Assembly: GCA_029977425.1 (NCBI GenBank)
Contig: JAPOKX010000002.1
Coordinates: 1 to 48,837 of the forward strand
Reading direction: 5' to 3'
Origin: Actinomycetota bacterium
Lineage (GTDB): Bacteria > Actinomycetota > Actinomycetes > S36-B12
Length of the DNA: 48,837 bases
The notes beneath the pieces were generated by a model. That model worked only from the letters and a program-made list of their open reading frames with translations. It had not been told where the DNA came from and did no database searches. A program made the translations under genes and the position numbers. Below, in pieces: positions 30,501-45,619 of the stretch (position 1 is its first letter; each line of letters begins with the position of its first letter).

Positions 30501-32049
30501 GCCGCCGCACCACGACATCTACTCGATCGAGGACCTTGCCCAGCTCATCCACGACCTCAAGAACGCGAACGAGCGCGCCAGGATCCACGTCAAGCTGGTC
30601 TCGGAAGCAGGAGTCGGGACCGTGGCGGCGGGCGTGGCCAAGGCTCACGCCGACGTCATCCTCATCTCGGGGCACGACGGGGGCACCGGTGCCTCCCCTC
30701 TGACATCGCTCAAGCATGCGGGCACGCCGTGGGAGCTGGGACTCGCGGAGACACAGCAGACCCTCCTGCTCAATGGCCTGCGTGACCGCGTGGTCGTGCA
30801 GACGGATGGCCAGCTGAAGACCGGGCGCGACGTCGTGATCGCCGCGCTCCTGGGCGCAGAGGAGTTCGGCTTTGCCACCGCGCCCCTGGTGGTGATGGGC
30901 TGCATCATGATGCGGGTCTGCCACCTGGACACCTGTCCCGTGGGCGTGGCCACGCAGAACCCGGAGCTGCGCGCCCGCTTCGCCGGCTCGCCGGACTTCG
31001 TGGTGACCTTCTTCGAGTTCATCGCGGAGCAGGTGCGGGAGCACCTGGCGGCGCTGGGCTTCCGAACCCTGGACGAGGCGATCGGCCGCGTGGACCTCAT
31101 CGACGCCCTGCCTGCCGTCGACCACTGGAAGGCGAGCGGCCTCGATCTCTCGCCGATCCTTCACGACCCTGGCGTCGCAGGACCACGCCGGTGCGTCACC
31201 TCCCAGGACCATGGCCTCGACAGGGCCCTGGATCGCGAGCTCATCACGCTGTGCGCGCCAGCCCTGGAGTCGGGCGAGCCGATCCGTGCCCGCCTGCCCA
31301 TTCGCAATGTCCACCGCACCGTGGGGACGATGCTGGGCGCGGAGGTGACGCGTCGCTACGGAGGGGAGGGCCTTCCCGAGGGGACGATCGACCTCACCTT
31401 CGTCGGCTCGGCCGGACAGTCCTTCGGGGCCTTCCTTCCGAAGGGCATCACGCTGCGACTCGAGGGCGACAGCAACGACTACGTGGGCAAGGGCCTCTCA
31501 GGCGGCTGCATCGTGGTGCGCCCGGACCACGCCGCGACCTTTGCCGCGGAGGACAACATCATCGCCGGCAATGTCATCGGCTATGGCGCTACGTCAGGGC
31601 ACGTCTTCATCCGAGGCGTCGTGGGCGAGCGCTTCGCCGTGCGCAACTCCGGTGCGACGCTCGTCGTCGAGGGCGTCGGCGATCACGCCTGTGAGTACAT
31701 GACCGGGGGGCGCGTGGTGATCCTCGGCTCGACGGGGCGCAACCTCGCGGCAGGCATGTCCGGGGGAGTCGCCTATGTGCTCGACCTCGATGTGAACCGG
31801 GTCAATCCCGAGCTCGTCGACCTCGAGCCGCTCTCCCCGGAGCACGAGGCGATCGTCCGCGATCTCCTCGCTCGCCATTGCGACGAGACCGGCTCCGAGG
31901 TGGCTCGCCGACTCCTCGACGATGACGCACTGGGACGCTTCACCGTCGTGATGCCTCGCGACTACCGTCGCGCGCTCGAAGCCCAGCGCCGGGCAGCCCT
32001 GGAGGGGCGCGATCCGGCCGATGCAGTGATGGAGGCCTCCCGTGGCTGA
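27520..32049 (+). CDS. gltB: Glutamate synthase (GOGAT) large subunit
   Basis: 1509 aa. Ntn-amidotransferase Cys after a propeptide ([12 protein letters not shown]), plus FMN and 3Fe-4S domains and the GXGXG C-terminal domain. GGAGG lies 9 nt upstream of the TTG start. Confidence 0.95.
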   Translation: MSVSRLPFSAQPPAQGLYDPAAEHDACGVAFVATLTGQASHEIVAMGLTALLNLDHRGASGAEPDSGDGAGILLQVPDRFLRRVIDPELPPAGEYAVGMAFLPDDDDIARATQARIEQIAREEGLDVVAWRDVPTDPSSLGQTARSVMPRFMHLVVRSAGEPLSVMDLERRAFCLRKRAEHETDAYFPSLSSRTLVYKGMLTTHQLGEFFPDLSDPDMESALALVHSRFSTNPSWDRAQPFRYLAHNGEINTVKGNRNWMRAREAMLSSDVIPGDLTRLFPICTPGGSDSASFDEVVELLHLGGRSLPHAVLMMIPEAWENDVDMDPARRAFYEYHSTVMEAWDGPANVSFTDGTLIGAVLDRNGLRPGRFWVTQDGLVVLASEAGVLDLDPAAIVRKGRLQPGHMFLVDTGAGRIVEDAEIKASLAEAEPYADWLHAGLVHLDLLPDREHIVHPTSSVARRQQTFGYTEEELRLILSPMALTGGEPLGSMGTDTPVAALSARPRLLFDYFQQAFAQVPNPPLDAIREEIVTSLSTVIGPEGNLLESTPAHCRQVVLPFPIIDNDELAKILHINSDGDLAGFAAAKVSGLYDIDGGAPALEARLEEIFAEVDALIESGVRLIVLSDRDSTTDLAPIPSLLLCSAVHHHLVRRKTRTQAALIVEAGDVREVHHAALLVGYGAAAINPYLAMESVEDLVYREILTGISPEKAVRNLVKALGKGLLKVMSKMGVSTVGSYRGAQIFEAIGLSHELVERYFTGTVSRLGGVDLDVIHAEVQARHDIAYPPSGISPAHRRLEVGGEYQWRREGEPHLFDPDTVFRLQHATREKRYDIFRQYTDRVDDQSRRLMTLRGLFRLRDSAQPPVPLDEVEPVEQILKRFSTGAMSYGSISQEAHETLAIAMNRIGAKSNTGEGGEDPERYVALPNGDSKRSAIKQVASGRFGVTSEYLVNSDDIQIKMAQGAKPGEGGQLPGHKVYPWVAKTRHSTPGVGLISPPPHHDIYSIEDLAQLIHDLKNANERARIHVKLVSEAGVGTVAAGVAKAHADVILISGHDGGTGASPLTSLKHAGTPWELGLAETQQTLLLNGLRDRVVVQTDGQLKTGRDVVIAALLGAEEFGFATAPLVVMGCIMMRVCHLDTCPVGVATQNPELRARFAGSPDFVVTFFEFIAEQVREHLAALGFRTLDEAIGRVDLIDALPAVDHWKASGLDLSPILHDPGVAGPRRCVTSQDHGLDRALDRELITLCAPALESGEPIRARLPIRNVHRTVGTMLGAEVTRRYGGEGLPEGTIDLTFVGSAGQSFGAFLPKGITLRLEGDSNDYVGKGLSGGCIVVRPDHAATFAAEDNIIAGNVIGYGATSGHVFIRGVVGERFAVRNSGATLVVEGVGDHACEYMTGGRVVILGSTGRNLAAGMSGGVAYVLDLDVNRVNPELVDLEPLSPEHEAIVRDLLARHCDETGSEVARRLLDDDALGRFTVVMPRDYRRALEAQRRAALEGRDPADAVMEASRG

Positions 32050-33493
32050 TCCCCGTGGATTCCTCACCACGTCTCGAGAGACGCCCCCGCGACGACCTGT
32101 CGACGTGCGGATCCTCGACTGGCGCGAGGTGTATGAGCCCTTCGCTCCCGATCGCCTGCGCGCCCAGGCCGGCCGATGCATGGACTGCGGGATTCCCTTC
32201 TGCCACAACGGCTGCCCCCTGGGCAACCTCATCCCCGAGTGGAACGATCTCGTGTGGCGCGACGACTGGCGTGCTGCCTCCGAGCGCCTGCACGCGACCA
32301 ACAACTTCCCCGAGTTCACGGGACGGCTCTGCCCCGCTCCGTGCGAGACGGCGTGCGTGCTCGGGATCAACGCCGATGCGGTCACGATCAAGCAGGTCGA
32401 GGTGTCCATCATCGACCGCGCGTGGGACTCCGGCTGGGTCCAGCCCCAGCCCGCGGAGATGTCGACGGGCAAGGCCGTCGCGGTCGTCGGATCCGGCCCG
32501 GCAGGGCTCGCTGCTGCCCAGCAGCTCGCGCGCGCGGGACACACCGTCGTGGTCTACGAGCGAGCCGACCGCATCGGCGGCCTGCTGCGCTATGGCATCC
32601 CTGAGTTCAAGATGGAGAAGTCCCACCTGGACCGGCGCCTGCGCCAGATGGCCCAGGAGGGGGTGAAGTTCCGCCCGGGTGTCGAGGTCGGGGTCGACCT
32701 GACCGTCGCCGAGCTGCGCAAGCGCTACGACGCCATCGTGCTCGCCATCGGTGCCACGCAATGGCGCGACCTGCCCATCCCAGGCCGTGAGCTGGCGGGC
32801 GTCCACCAGGCGATGGAGTACCTGCCCGGTGCCAACAGGGTGCAGGAGGGCGATATCGATGTCGCGCCGCTCGATGCGGCCGGCAAGCACGTCGTCATCA
32901 TCGGCGGCGGCGACACGGGCGCCGACTGCCTGGGCACCGCGCACCGGCAGGGTGCTGCATCGGTGACGCAGCTCGAGATCCTGCCGATGCCGCCCGACGC
33001 GCGACCCCATGGACAGCCATGGCCGACGTACCCCATGACCTATCGGGTATCGAGTGCCCACGAGGAAGGGGGCGAGCGCGTCTTCGCCGTGTCGACGGAG
33101 GAGTTCGTCGGCACATCCGGGGTCCTCGAGGGCCTGCGGATCGTCGAGGTCGAGTGGCGGGACGGTCGCCCGGAGCCCGTAGAGGGCAGCGCGCGCGTGC
33201 TGCCCGCCGACCTGGTCCTGCTCGCCATGGGCTTCACGGGCCCGGAGACGTCCATCATGCAGGACGAGCTCGGTGTCGAGGTGGATGCCCGCGGCGCGCT
33301 CGTGCGCGAGGATGACTACTCGACAGCCGTCGACGGCATCTTCGTCGCGGGCGATGCCGGTCGCGGCCAGTCGCTGATCGTCTGGGCCATCGCTGAGGGC
33401 CGCGCAGCGGCAGCCTCCGTGGACCGCTACCTGACGGGGAAGTCGAATCTCCCCTCGCCGATTCCCGCGTCGGCGCGACCCCTTACGGTGTAG
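32042..33493 (+). CDS. gltD: Glutamate synthase small subunit (NAD(P)H-dependent)
   Basis: Cys clusters CMDCGIPFC and CPAPCE, and dinucleotide folds [14 protein letters not shown] and [13 protein letters not shown]. The start overlaps the end of gltB. Confidence 0.93.
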   Translation: MADPRGFLTTSRETPPRRPVDVRILDWREVYEPFAPDRLRAQAGRCMDCGIPFCHNGCPLGNLIPEWNDLVWRDDWRAASERLHATNNFPEFTGRLCPAPCETACVLGINADAVTIKQVEVSIIDRAWDSGWVQPQPAEMSTGKAVAVVGSGPAGLAAAQQLARAGHTVVVYERADRIGGLLRYGIPEFKMEKSHLDRRLRQMAQEGVKFRPGVEVGVDLTVAELRKRYDAIVLAIGATQWRDLPIPGRELAGVHQAMEYLPGANRVQEGDIDVAPLDAAGKHVVIIGGGDTGADCLGTAHRQGAASVTQLEILPMPPDARPHGQPWPTYPMTYRVSSAHEEGGERVFAVSTEEFVGTSGVLEGLRIVEVEWRDGRPEPVEGSARVLPADLVLLAMGFTGPETSIMQDELGVEVDARGALVREDDYSTAVDGIFVAGDAGRGQSLIVWAIAEGRAAAASVDRYLTGKSNLPSPIPASARPLTV

Positions 33494-33532
33494 TCCACCG
33501 CGATCCGCCCCCACATCCCCCCGAGGAGCAGC

Positions 33533-34966
33533 ATGCGCCGCGCGAAGATCGTCGCGACCCTAGGGCCCGCGACGAGTTCCTACGACGCCATCCTCGGGCT
33601 CGTCGACGCGGGCATGGACGTCGCGCGACTGAATCTCAGTCACGGCACGTACGCGGACCACAGCGCGGTGTACGACAGCGTCCGGCGGGCAAGTGACGCC
33701 TCGGGCCGTGCCATCGGGATCCTCGTGGATCTCCAGGGCCCCAAGATCCGCCTCGGACGCTTCGCCTCCGGGCCGGTGCTGCTCAGCGTGGGCGACACCT
33801 TCACGGTGACCACAGACGATGTGCCTGGCGACGCGGCCTGCGTGTCGACCACCTACTCCGGGCTCCCCGGCGATGTGAAGGCCGGCGACACCATCTTGAT
33901 CGACGATGGCCGCGTCGCTCTCGAGGTGACCGACGTGGATGGTCCCCGCGTCGTCACCCGGGTCGTCGAGGGCGGTCGCGTGTCGGACAACAAGGGACTC
34001 AACCTGCCGGGTGTGGCTGTGAGCGTTCCCGCCATGTCGGAGAAGGACATCGATGACCTGCGGTGGGCACTGCGCGCCGGAGCGGACCTCATCGCGCTCT
34101 CCTTCGTGCGCTCGGCAGCCGATATCGCCGACGTGCACCGGGTCATGGACGAGGAGGGAGTGCGCATCCCGATCCTCGCCAAGGTCGAGAAGCCTCAGGC
34201 GGTCGACAATCTTGCGGAGATCGTCGCCACCTTCGACGGGATCATGGTGGCCCGCGGCGACCTCGGCGTCGAGCTGCCACTCGAGGCGGTGCCCCTCGTC
34301 CAGAAGCGGGCCATTGAGTTGTGCCGGGTGGCAGCCAAGCCCGTCATCGTGGCGACGCAGATGCTGGATTCGATGGCCACCGCCACGCGCCCCACGCGCG
34401 CCGAGGCCAGTGACGTGGCCAATGCGGTCCTCGACGGCGCCGATGCGCTCATGCTGTCGGGGGAGACGAGCGTGGGGGAGCACCCTGCGCTCGCCGTCGC
34501 CACGATGGCGCGCATCATCGCGCACGTCGAGGACAATGCGCTTGAGCGGCTCAGCCGCCTGCCCGCGGACCCCCCGGGATCGACCGCGCGCGCCCTCACC
34601 AAGGCGGCCGTGGACGTCGCCGGTGCGGTCAGCGCGGCGAGCCTGATCCCCTTCACCGAGACCGGTTCGTCCGCCCGCCTGATCGCTCGCTGGCGCGCGC
34701 CAGCACCCATCCTTGCCTTCACCCCCAACCCACGCGTGCGCAGCCAGCTCGCCCTGGTGTGGGGGGTCGAGACGTTCCTCGTGCCGCCGGTGATGCACAC
34801 CGACGACATGGTGGTGCAGGTGGATCGGGCCCTGCTCGACATCGGTCGAGTCACCTATGGCGACCGCGTCGTCATCGTCGCGGGAGTCCCCCCGGGCATC
34901 CCCGGCACGACCAACGGGATGCGAGTTCACCTGATCGGCAGCGGGGGCAAGGGCGGAGGGGTGTAG
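33533..34966 (+). CDS. pyk: Pyruvate kinase
   Basis: RRAKIVATLGPA, NLSHG, MVARGDLGVE and MLSGETS motifs. Confidence 0.93.
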   Translation: MRRAKIVATLGPATSSYDAILGLVDAGMDVARLNLSHGTYADHSAVYDSVRRASDASGRAIGILVDLQGPKIRLGRFASGPVLLSVGDTFTVTTDDVPGDAACVSTTYSGLPGDVKAGDTILIDDGRVALEVTDVDGPRVVTRVVEGGRVSDNKGLNLPGVAVSVPAMSEKDIDDLRWALRAGADLIALSFVRSAADIADVHRVMDEEGVRIPILAKVEKPQAVDNLAEIVATFDGIMVARGDLGVELPLEAVPLVQKRAIELCRVAAKPVIVATQMLDSMATATRPTRAEASDVANAVLDGADALMLSGETSVGEHPALAVATMARIIAHVEDNALERLSRLPADPPGSTARALTKAAVDVAGAVSAASLIPFTETGSSARLIARWRAPAPILAFTPNPRVRSQLALVWGVETFLVPPVMHTDDMVVQVDRALLDIGRVTYGDRVVIVAGVPPGIPGTTNGMRVHLIGSGGKGGGV

Positions 34967-34975
34967 GTTCCGCCC

Positions 34976-35800
34976 ATGCTTGAAGCAGCCATCTTCGGTG
35001 CGTTTGCCCAGTCCGCTCTCGTCGTCGGAGCTCTCCTCGTGTGGAAGTTCCCCGCGATGAAGAAGCCCATGATCGTCGGCGGCCTCATGGCCTTTGGCGC
35101 CGGTGCGGTCATCTCGGCCGTCGCCATCGACCTGGTCGCCGTCTCCTACGACGAGGCGGGCGCCGGTCCCACCGCCCTGGGCATCGGCATCGGATGCCTC
35201 ATCTACTTCGGCATCATCGCCCTGCTCGAGCGCAAGGGTGACGACGAGCAGGCCTCTGAGGTGGTCGAGGCGGAGATGGCCGAGGCCGGTGCCTCCGCGC
35301 CAGCCAAGCCCGCGGAGGCCGGCGGTCACGGAGCAGGTGCGGAGCACGGTGCCACGGCCAAGGAAGCCCGCAACATGACGATCGGCATGGTCATCGACGG
35401 GGTCCCCGAGTCGGTGGCCATCGGCCTGACCTTGCACACGGCCACCGTCGGCGTGTCCGCCGCCCTGGTCGGATCGATCTTCATCTCCGCCATCCCCGAG
35501 GCGATCGGCATCGCGGCCGCCATGCTTGCCGGTGGCATCGTGCTCGGCAAGGTCCTGCTGCGCTTCTCCTTCATCGTGCTCATCGGTGCGGTCTTCGCGG
35601 CACTCGGCTACACCCTGCTCGTCAATGCCTCCGACTCGTTCCAGGCCCTCATCCAGTCCATCGCGGCGGGCGCCCTCCTCGTGGTCGTGATCAACGAGAT
35701 GATCCCCATCGCGGTGCGCAACGTGAAGGCCTGGGCGGGCATCATCGGAGCCGCCGGCTTCGTCTTCTCCGCCGGCCTCACCTGGGCCGCGGGCGGCTGA
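34976..35800 (+). CDS. ZIP-family divalent metal transporter (ZupT-like)
   Basis: 274 aa with about 8 TM helices, a central cytoplasmic loop carrying His/Glu residues (GGHGAGAEHG), and a DGVPES signature region. Confidence 0.65.
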   Translation: MLEAAIFGAFAQSALVVGALLVWKFPAMKKPMIVGGLMAFGAGAVISAVAIDLVAVSYDEAGAGPTALGIGIGCLIYFGIIALLERKGDDEQASEVVEAEMAEAGASAPAKPAEAGGHGAGAEHGATAKEARNMTIGMVIDGVPESVAIGLTLHTATVGVSAALVGSIFISAIPEAIGIAAAMLAGGIVLGKVLLRFSFIVLIGAVFAALGYTLLVNASDSFQALIQSIAAGALLVVVINEMIPIAVRNVKAWAGIIGAAGFVFSAGLTWAAGG

Positions 35801-35855
35801 CCCGAGGCCGACTCGCCGCACCCCCACGGCCGCGCCGCCACGCCCGGCCATCCGC

Positions 35856-35861
35856 TAGGGT
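35856..35861 (+). promoter_or_regulatory. -10-like TAGGGT upstream of the pyr leader
   Basis: A TAnnnT hexamer 54 nt upstream of the pyrR ATG. A transcript starting about 7 nt downstream would begin just 5' of the PyrR-binding hairpin. Confidence 0.3.
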
Positions 35862-35870
35862 CCGGATCGA

Positions 35871-35910
35871 CATCCTTTAACGACCCGTCCCGTGAGGCGG
35901 GGAAGGAGGT
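35871..35910 (+). promoter_or_regulatory. PyrR-binding RNA stem-loop overlapping the pyrR Shine-Dalgarno (translational or attenuation control)
   Basis: UCCUU(35873-77)UAACGACCCGU-CCCG(35889-92)-UGAGG-CGGG(35898-901)-G-AAGGA(35903-07)GG. Matches my recollection of PyrR loops (CCUUUAA ... purine-rich GAGAGG-type loop ... GAAGGA). GGAGG 35905-35909 lies partly in the lower stem, and the ATG is at 35916. Confidence 0.6.
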
Positions 35911-35915
35911 CGGCC

Positions 35916-36464
35916 ATGACGGCTGCCCACACCCCTCAGGGGTCTCGCGTCCTCGACGCCGACGACATCTCCCGTGTCATCAGCCGCATCTCCCACGAGA
36001 TCCTTGAGCACGCCCAGGGCGCGCATGACCTCACCGTGCTGGGGATCCAGACCCGCGGCGTCCCGCTCGCGCACCGCATCGCGGCGCGCATGGCGGAGAT
36101 CGAAGGCGTTGCCGTCCCCGTCGGCTCGCTGGACATCACGATGTATCGGGATGACCTGAGCCTGCGCGGCGCACGCCCTCTGCACGCGACCGACGTGCCC
36201 GTCGAGGGAGTCGACGACCGACTCGTCGTGCTCGTCGACGACGTCCTCTTCTCGGGGCGCACCGTGCGCGCGGCACTCGACGCCCTCAGTGACATCGGGC
36301 GTCCCCGCGTCGTGCAGCTGGCGGTCCTCGTCGACCGCGGTCATCGGGAACTGCCCCTGCGCGCCGACTACGTAGGCAAGAACATCCCCACCTCGCTGGA
36401 CCAGTCCGTCCGGGTGCGGATGCGCGACCTCGACGGCGTGGACGAGGTCGTGGTGGAGGGATGA
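35916..36464 (+). CDS. pyrR: Bifunctional pyrimidine operon regulator / uracil phosphoribosyltransferase
   Basis: PRPP-binding motif [17 protein letters not shown], and [19 protein letters not shown] lies upstream of ATG 35916. Confidence 0.92.
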   Translation: MTAAHTPQGSRVLDADDISRVISRISHEILEHAQGAHDLTVLGIQTRGVPLAHRIAARMAEIEGVAVPVGSLDITMYRDDLSLRGARPLHATDVPVEGVDDRLVVLVDDVLFSGRTVRAALDALSDIGRPRVVQLAVLVDRGHRELPLRADYVGKNIPTSLDQSVRVRMRDLDGVDEVVVEG

Positions 36465-37429
36465 ACAAGCACTTGCTCAGCGCGGCGGACCTCTCCCGCG
36501 ACGATGCCGTCGCCATCCTCGACACCGCGGCCGAGCTCTCTCGCGTCACCGATCGGGCCGTCAAGAAGCTGCCGACACTGCGCGGCCGCACGGTCGTGAA
36601 CCTCTTCTTCGAGGACTCCACGCGCACGCGCATCTCGTTCGAGGCCGCGGCCAAGCGCCTGTCGGCGGACGTCATCACCTTCAGTGCGAAGGGATCGAGC
36701 GTCTCGAAGGGAGAGAGCCTCAAGGACACCGCGCTCACTCTCGAGGCCATGGGCGCCGACGCCGTCATCGTGCGCCACGGCGCGAGCGGCGCGCCCCACC
36801 GTCTGGCGCACTCCGGCTGGATCGACGGGGTCGTCGTCAACGCCGGCGACGGCACGCATGAGCATCCGACCCAGGCGCTCCTCGACGCCTACACGCTCCG
36901 CCATCACCTGGCCGGCGGCACGGGTGCGCTCGAGGGCCGCCGGGTCGTCATCGTGGGCGATGTGCTCCACAGCCGGGTGGCCCGCTCCAATGTCCTGCTC
37001 CTGCACACCCTCGGTGCCGAGGTCACGCTGGTGGCGCCACCCACTCTCATGCCCGTCGGCGTCGACACGTGGCCGTGCACCGTCTCCTATGACCTCGACG
37101 AGGCGCTGCCTGGCGCGGATGCGGTGATGATGCTGCGCGTACAGGCCGAGCGGATGAACGCCGCGTACTTCCCGACGAGCAACGAGTACTCCCGTCGCTA
37201 CGGGCTCGACGTCCGCCGCGCCGGGCTCCTGGCTCACGACGGCATCGTGCTGCATCCGGGTCCGATGAACCGCGGCATGGAGATCACGGCGGAGGTCGCC
37301 GACGGTCCGAGATCCGTCATCGTGGAGCAGGTCACCAACGGCGTGCATGTCCGCATGGCCGTCCTGTACCTGCTCCTCGGAGCTGCCGAGGTCGACACTG
37401 CAGTGGCACACGAGGAGGCCGGCGAGTGA
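36461..37429 (+). CDS. pyrB: Aspartate carbamoyltransferase catalytic subunit
   Basis: [19 protein letters not shown] and HPGP motifs. ATGA overlap with pyrR. Confidence 0.93.
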   Translation: MNKHLLSAADLSRDDAVAILDTAAELSRVTDRAVKKLPTLRGRTVVNLFFEDSTRTRISFEAAAKRLSADVITFSAKGSSVSKGESLKDTALTLEAMGADAVIVRHGASGAPHRLAHSGWIDGVVVNAGDGTHEHPTQALLDAYTLRHHLAGGTGALEGRRVVIVGDVLHSRVARSNVLLLHTLGAEVTLVAPPTLMPVGVDTWPCTVSYDLDEALPGADAVMMLRVQAERMNAAYFPTSNEYSRRYGLDVRRAGLLAHDGIVLHPGPMNRGMEITAEVADGPRSVIVEQVTNGVHVRMAVLYLLLGAAEVDTAVAHEEAGE

Positions 37430-38739
37430 CCACGATCCTGCGCAATGTGCGCCCCTACGGCGAAGATGCGGTCGACATCACCTGGAGCGATGGCGTCATC
37501 ACGGAGATCAGTCCCGCGGGTGACCCGCGGGAGGATGCCGCCGGCGCAGCGGTGATCGACGGGCACGGTGCCGTGGTGCTGCCCGGGCTCGTCGACCTGC
37601 ATACGCACCTGCGCGAGCCTGGCCGTGAAGACGCGGAGACCATCGCGAGTGGCTCAGCGGCCGCAGCCCTGGGCGGATTCACCGCGGTGCACGCCATGGC
37701 CAACACCACGCCCGTGGCGGATACGGCGGGAGTCGTGGAGATGGTCTGGCGCCGTGGAGTGGAGGCCGGCTACTGCGATGTGCACCCCGTCGGAGCGGTG
37801 ACCGTGGGGCTGCAGGGGGAGCGCCTCGCCGAGCTCGGTGCCATGGCGGACTCCGCGGCGCGGGTGCGCATCTTCAGCGATGACGGCGTGTGCGTGAGCG
37901 ACCCGGTCCTCATGCGCCGTGCGCTCGAGTACGTCAAGGCATTCGACGGTGTCATCGCGCAGCATGCCCAGGACCCCCGCCTCACCGAGGGTGCGCAGAT
38001 GAACGAGGGAGCCCTGTCCGGCGTCCTCGGCTTGCGCGGCTGGCCCGCCGTGGCGGAGGAGTCGATCATCGCCCGCGACGTGCTCCTCGCCGAGCACGTG
38101 GGCTCTCGCGTGCACATCTGCCACCTGTCGACGAGTGGCTCTGTCGACATCGTCCGCTGGGCCAAGGCCCGTGGCATCGACGTGAGCGCCGAGGTGACGC
38201 CGCACCACCTGATCCTCACCGAGGATCTCGCCCGCACCTATGACCCGCTCTTCAAGGTGAACCCGCCGCTGCGCCGTGCCGAGGACGTCGGGGCCGTGCG
38301 CGCGGGCCTCGCGGACGGGACCATCGATGTCGTGGCGACGGACCACGCTCCCCATGCCCGGGAGGACAAGGATTGCGAGTGGGCCGCGGGAGCCTTCGGG
38401 ATGCTGGGCCTCGAGACAGCGCTCTCGGTCGTGATCGAGACGATGGTGCTCACCGGTGCCCTTGACTGGCGTGGCGTCGCAGACCGCATGTCGGTGCGTC
38501 CCGCGCACATCGCACGGCTGGCCGATCAGGGACGTCCCCTCGCGGTGGGCGAGCCGGCCACCCTCGTCGTCGTCGATCCCGAGGCCACGTGGCAGGTCGA
38601 TGCGGCGCGGTCCCCGTCTCGCAGCGCCAACTCGCCCTTCGCGCAGCGCGACATGCGCGGTCGCGTCCTGCACACCGTGCTGCGCGGTCGCCCCACGGTC
38701 ATCGAGGGAGTGCTCGTGAGCGAGGGGGCAGGCGCATGA
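37426..38739 (+). CDS. pyrC: Dihydroorotase
   Basis: [21 protein letters not shown] and ATDHAPH motifs. GTGA overlap with pyrB. Confidence 0.92.
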   Translation: MTTILRNVRPYGEDAVDITWSDGVITEISPAGDPREDAAGAAVIDGHGAVVLPGLVDLHTHLREPGREDAETIASGSAAAALGGFTAVHAMANTTPVADTAGVVEMVWRRGVEAGYCDVHPVGAVTVGLQGERLAELGAMADSAARVRIFSDDGVCVSDPVLMRRALEYVKAFDGVIAQHAQDPRLTEGAQMNEGALSGVLGLRGWPAVAEESIIARDVLLAEHVGSRVHICHLSTSGSVDIVRWAKARGIDVSAEVTPHHLILTEDLARTYDPLFKVNPPLRRAEDVGAVRAGLADGTIDVVATDHAPHAREDKDCEWAAGAFGMLGLETALSVVIETMVLTGALDWRGVADRMSVRPAHIARLADQGRPLAVGEPATLVVVDPEATWQVDAARSPSRSANSPFAQRDMRGRVLHTVLRGRPTVIEGVLVSEGAGA

Positions 38740-39311
38740 CAGCGCTGCTGCTCGCTGCCGCGGATCCCGTCTCAGCCCCCGTGACGCAGTGGCCCCTGCG
38801 GATCCTGCTCGTCCTGGTGGTCGTGGGGGTGATCGCCCTCGTCCTGCTGGGCATGCGCGCCGGCTGGCGCCGCCGGGCGCACGCGCAGTCGGATATCGCC
38901 GAGCCCCTGCTCCCGCCGGACGTGCTCCCCGACATCACAGCGGGCCCCGTCTCCGGTGTCTTCCTGGGCACCACCCAGCACGGCGACTGGCTCGACCGCG
39001 TCGTCGTGCACGACCTCGGCGTGCGCAGCCGGGCACGCGCGGAGGTGGGCCCCAGCGGTATCGCACTGCGGCGCGAGGGCGCGCGCGATGTCTTCGTCCC
39101 GGCCGCTGCGGTGCGAGCCGCGCAGATGGCCCGAGGCATCGCGGGCAAGGCCTACGAGCGCGATGGGGTCCTCGTCGTCACATGGGAGCTGGGTGGGAGG
39201 CTGGTGGACACCGGCTTCCGGGCCGATGTCGCGGACGAGCAGCGGGTGCTTCGCGACGCCATCGTCGGTCTCGTGGCCGAGCCAGGACGAGCAGGAGAGG
39301 GGATCCGATGA
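38736..39311 (+). CDS. Conserved membrane protein of the actinobacterial pyr operon (positional equivalent of M. tuberculosis Rv1382; one TM plus a soluble, possibly PH-like, domain)
   Basis: 191 aa. ATGA overlaps with both pyrC and carA. N-terminal TM ([20 protein letters not shown]). Confidence 0.6.
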   Translation: MTALLLAAADPVSAPVTQWPLRILLVLVVVGVIALVLLGMRAGWRRRAHAQSDIAEPLLPPDVLPDITAGPVSGVFLGTTQHGDWLDRVVVHDLGVRSRARAEVGPSGIALRREGARDVFVPAAAVRAAQMARGIAGKAYERDGVLVVTWELGGRLVDTGFRADVADEQRVLRDAIVGLVAEPGRAGEGIR

Positions 39312-40425
39312 CATCGGCTGCTGTGCTCGTCCTGGAGGACGGTCGGATCTTCCGCGGGCGCTCGTTTGGCGCGGTGGGAGAGACCCTCGGCGAGGCGGTG
39401 TTCTCGACGGGCATGACCGGCTACCAGGAGACGCTCACGGATCCGTCGTACCGAGGCCAGGTCGTGGTGATGACCTCACCGCATGTGGGCAACACCGGGA
39501 TGAACGACGAGGACCCGGAGTCGCGTCGGATCTGGGTCTCCGGCTACGTCGTGCGCGACCCGTCTCCCGTCCCCTCCAACTGGCGGTCGCGCCGCAGCCT
39601 CGAGGACGATCTCATCGCCGCGGGCGTCGTGGGCGTGCGCGACATCGACACGCGCGCGCTCACGCGCCATCTGCGCGATCGCGGCGCCATGCGCGTCGGC
39701 ATCTTCAGCGGTGCGGCAGCCGAGTTGCCCGAGGCCGAGCTCATCCAGCGCGTGCTGGCGGCGCCGGGCATGGCCGGATGCGACCTCACCGCGGACGTGA
39801 CGGTGGCGGAGCCCTACGTCGTGCCGGCCATCGGCGACGAGAGGTTCGTCGTGGCCGCGGTGGACCTGGGGATCAAGTCCATGACCCCGCACCGCATGGC
39901 GGAGCGCGGCATGACCGTGCACGTCCTTCCCGGCGACGTGACGGCCGAGGAGATGCTGGCGCGGGGACGCGACGGCGTGTTCTTCTCCAACGGCCCGGGC
40001 GATCCTGCTGTCGCGGACCACGCCGTGTCGCTCGTGCGCGCGGCCCTGGAGGCCGGCCGCCCGGTCTTCGGGATCTGCTTCGGCCATCAGATGCTCGGGC
40101 GTGCCCTGGGCTTCGGCACCTACAAGCTTCGCTTCGGCCACCGCGGCATCAACCAGCCCGTGCAGGACCTCGCCACCGGACGCGTCGCCGTCACGGCGCA
40201 CAACCACGGCTTCGCCGTGGATGCCCCCGTCGGCGAGATCATCGACACCCCATTCGGCCGGGTCCAGGTCAGTCATGTGTGCCTCAACGACGGCGTGGTC
40301 GAGGGTCTGCGCTGCCTGGACGTCCCGGCCTTCAGCGTCCAGTACCACCCGGAGGCGGCAGCGGGGCCGCACGACGCCGCGGACCTCTTCGACGAGTTCG
40401 CCCAGCTCATGGCCGGAGGCCGCTG

Positions 40426-40426
<1 letters not shown>
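39308..40426 (+). CDS. carA: Carbamoyl-phosphate synthase small (glutaminase) subunit
   Basis: [15 protein letters not shown], catalytic GICFGHQ and YHPEA motifs. Confidence 0.93.
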
Positions 40427-43727
<3,301 letters not shown>

Positions 43728-43728
<1 letters not shown>

Positions 43729-44591
43729 TGCCCGTCCAGGTCAGGGGCGAGGTCGTCTCGGTGCGGCGTGCAGGGCAGTACCACGTGCTCACGGTCACGG
43801 CACCCGGCGTGCCGGAACTCGCGCGGCCGGGCAACTTCGCGACGCTGGCCATCGGCGACCTGGACTCCTCCGGTCTCCTGCTGCGACGCGCCTTCTCCAT
43901 CCACGGCGTCCAATCGCGTGGCATCTACGGCGGCACGATCGACCTCGTCATCGCTGATGCCGGGCCCGGCACCCACTGGCTCACCCAGCGACGCAGGGGC
44001 GATGTCCTCGACATCGTGGCGCCGCTCGGACGCCCCTTCGCGCTTCCGCGCGACCCCGTGTCGTGCGTGCTCGTCGGTGGCGGATACGGCGCTGCACCCC
44101 TCGTCTTCCTCGCCGAGCACCTGCGCGAGCGCGGCTGCCGCGTCGATGTCGTGCTCGGGGCGTCGACTGAGGAGAAGCTCTTCGGGGTGCTCGAGGCCAA
44201 GCGCATCGCCTCCACCGTGACGATCACGACCGATGACGGATCGCTCGGCGAGACGGGCCTGGTCACCGACCACCTCCGCGGCGTCATCGACCGCGCGGCG
44301 ACCGACGTGGTGTACGCCTGCGGCCCGATGGGCATGCTGGCCGCGGTGGCAGATATCGCCGCGGAGGCGGGGATCCACAGCCAGTGCGCCGTCGAGGAGT
44401 CCATGGCATGCGGGATCGGCGTCTGTATGACCTGCGTCCTGCCCGTCATCGGCGAGGACGGCATCACCCGCATGCTCCGGTCGTGCGTGGAGGGACCTGT
44501 CTTCCGCGGTGATCGCGTGCGGTGGCAGGACGTCGGGACGATCCCGCCCGACACGCTGGGCGCGCCCATGCCGGAAGGGAGAGATCGATGA
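43728..44591 (+). CDS. pyrK: Dihydroorotate dehydrogenase (class 1B) electron-transfer subunit
   Basis: FNR-like FAD/NAD fold (RRAFSI, GGGYGAAP) and a C-terminal 2Fe-2S cluster motif CGIGVCMTC...SC. TGATG junction with carB. Confidence 0.88.
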
Positions 44592-45619
44592 CGCGAGCAG
44601 TGGTGCGACACTCCACAGCAGCGGCAGCGGTCCCGGCGATCGACATGTCGACGCGACTGGGATCCGTGGGCCTGCCGAGCCCGGTTCTCACGGCATCGGG
44701 CTGCGCGGCTGCCGGCCGCGAACTCGACCAGTTCTTCGACATCACCTCCATCGGGGCCGTCGTGACGAAGAGCATCATGCTCGAGCCTCGATCCGGCCGG
44801 GCAACGCCGCGCATGGCGGAGACGCCGAGCGGCATGCTCAACTCCATCGGCCTCCAAGGGCCTGGCATCCACGCCTTCCTCGAGAAGGACCTTGCGTGGC
44901 TGCGCGAGCGCGGCGCACGGGTGATGGTCTCCATTGCGGGTGGCACGACTCAGGAGTTCGAGGAGATCGCCAAGATCCTGCGCGAGCACGGAGGCTTCGA
45001 CGCCCTCGAGGTCAACATCTCGTGCCCCAATGTGGCCGATCGCGGCCAGGTGTTCGCGTGCCGCGCGGACTCCGCTGCTGCGGTCATCGGAGGGGTACGT
45101 CGCTCCACCGATCCGAGCATCCCCGTCTTCGCCAAGCTCTCGCCGGACGTGACGGATATCGGCACGATCGCGCTGGCGTGCATCCGTGCGGGTGCCGATG
45201 GCCTGTCGCTCATCAACACCACGCTCGGCATGGTGATCGACGTCGACACCATGAGGCCCGCGCTGGCGGGCGTCACCGGAGGGCTGTCGGGACCTGCGAT
45301 CCGCCCCATCGCGGTGCGCTGCGTCTGGCAGGTGCGCGATGTGCTCCCGGACGTCCCCCTCATCGGCATGGGCGGGATCCGCAATGGTGCCGACGCGTTC
45401 GAGTTCATCCTGGCGGGTGCGGACGCGGTCTCCGTGGGCACCGTCGTCTTCCACGACCCGTCGGCGCCGGCGCGCGTGCACGCCGAGCTCGCCACCCTCG
45501 CCGCCCAGCGCGGATTCACCCGCCTGCGCGACGCGGTCTCCTACGCGCATCGAGAAGCCGACCCGCCACCAGCCGACACGGACGACGGTTACGACCTCTC
45601 GCTCCCGGAGTGGGTGTGA
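44588..45619 (+). CDS. pyrD: Dihydroorotate dehydrogenase catalytic subunit, class 1B
   Basis: LPSPVLTASGC, VTKSI, NSIGLQGPG, NISCPN and GMGGI motifs. There is no N-terminal membrane anchor. ATGA overlap with pyrK. ATG 44645 is an alternative start. Confidence 0.9.
   Translation: MTRAVVRHSTAAAAVPAIDMSTRLGSVGLPSPVLTASGCAAAGRELDQFFDITSIGAVVTKSIMLEPRSGRATPRMAETPSGMLNSIGLQGPGIHAFLEKDLAWLRERGARVMVSIAGGTTQEFEEIAKILREHGGFDALEVNISCPNVADRGQVFACRADSAAAVIGGVRRSTDPSIPVFAKLSPDVTDIGTIALACIRAGADGLSLINTTLGMVIDVDTMRPALAGVTGGLSGPAIRPIAVRCVWQVRDVLPDVPLIGMGGIRNGADAFEFILAGADAVSVGTVVFHDPSAPARVHAELATLAAQRGFTRLRDAVSYAHREADPPPADTDDGYDLSLPEWV

Noticed and set aside
33560-35851. 763-aa ORF antisense to pyk and the ZIP transporter
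   Set aside because: It spans two well-supported plus-strand genes and their intergenic gap. The composition (Gly/Arg/Asp/His runs) is typical of a GC-rich antisense artefact.
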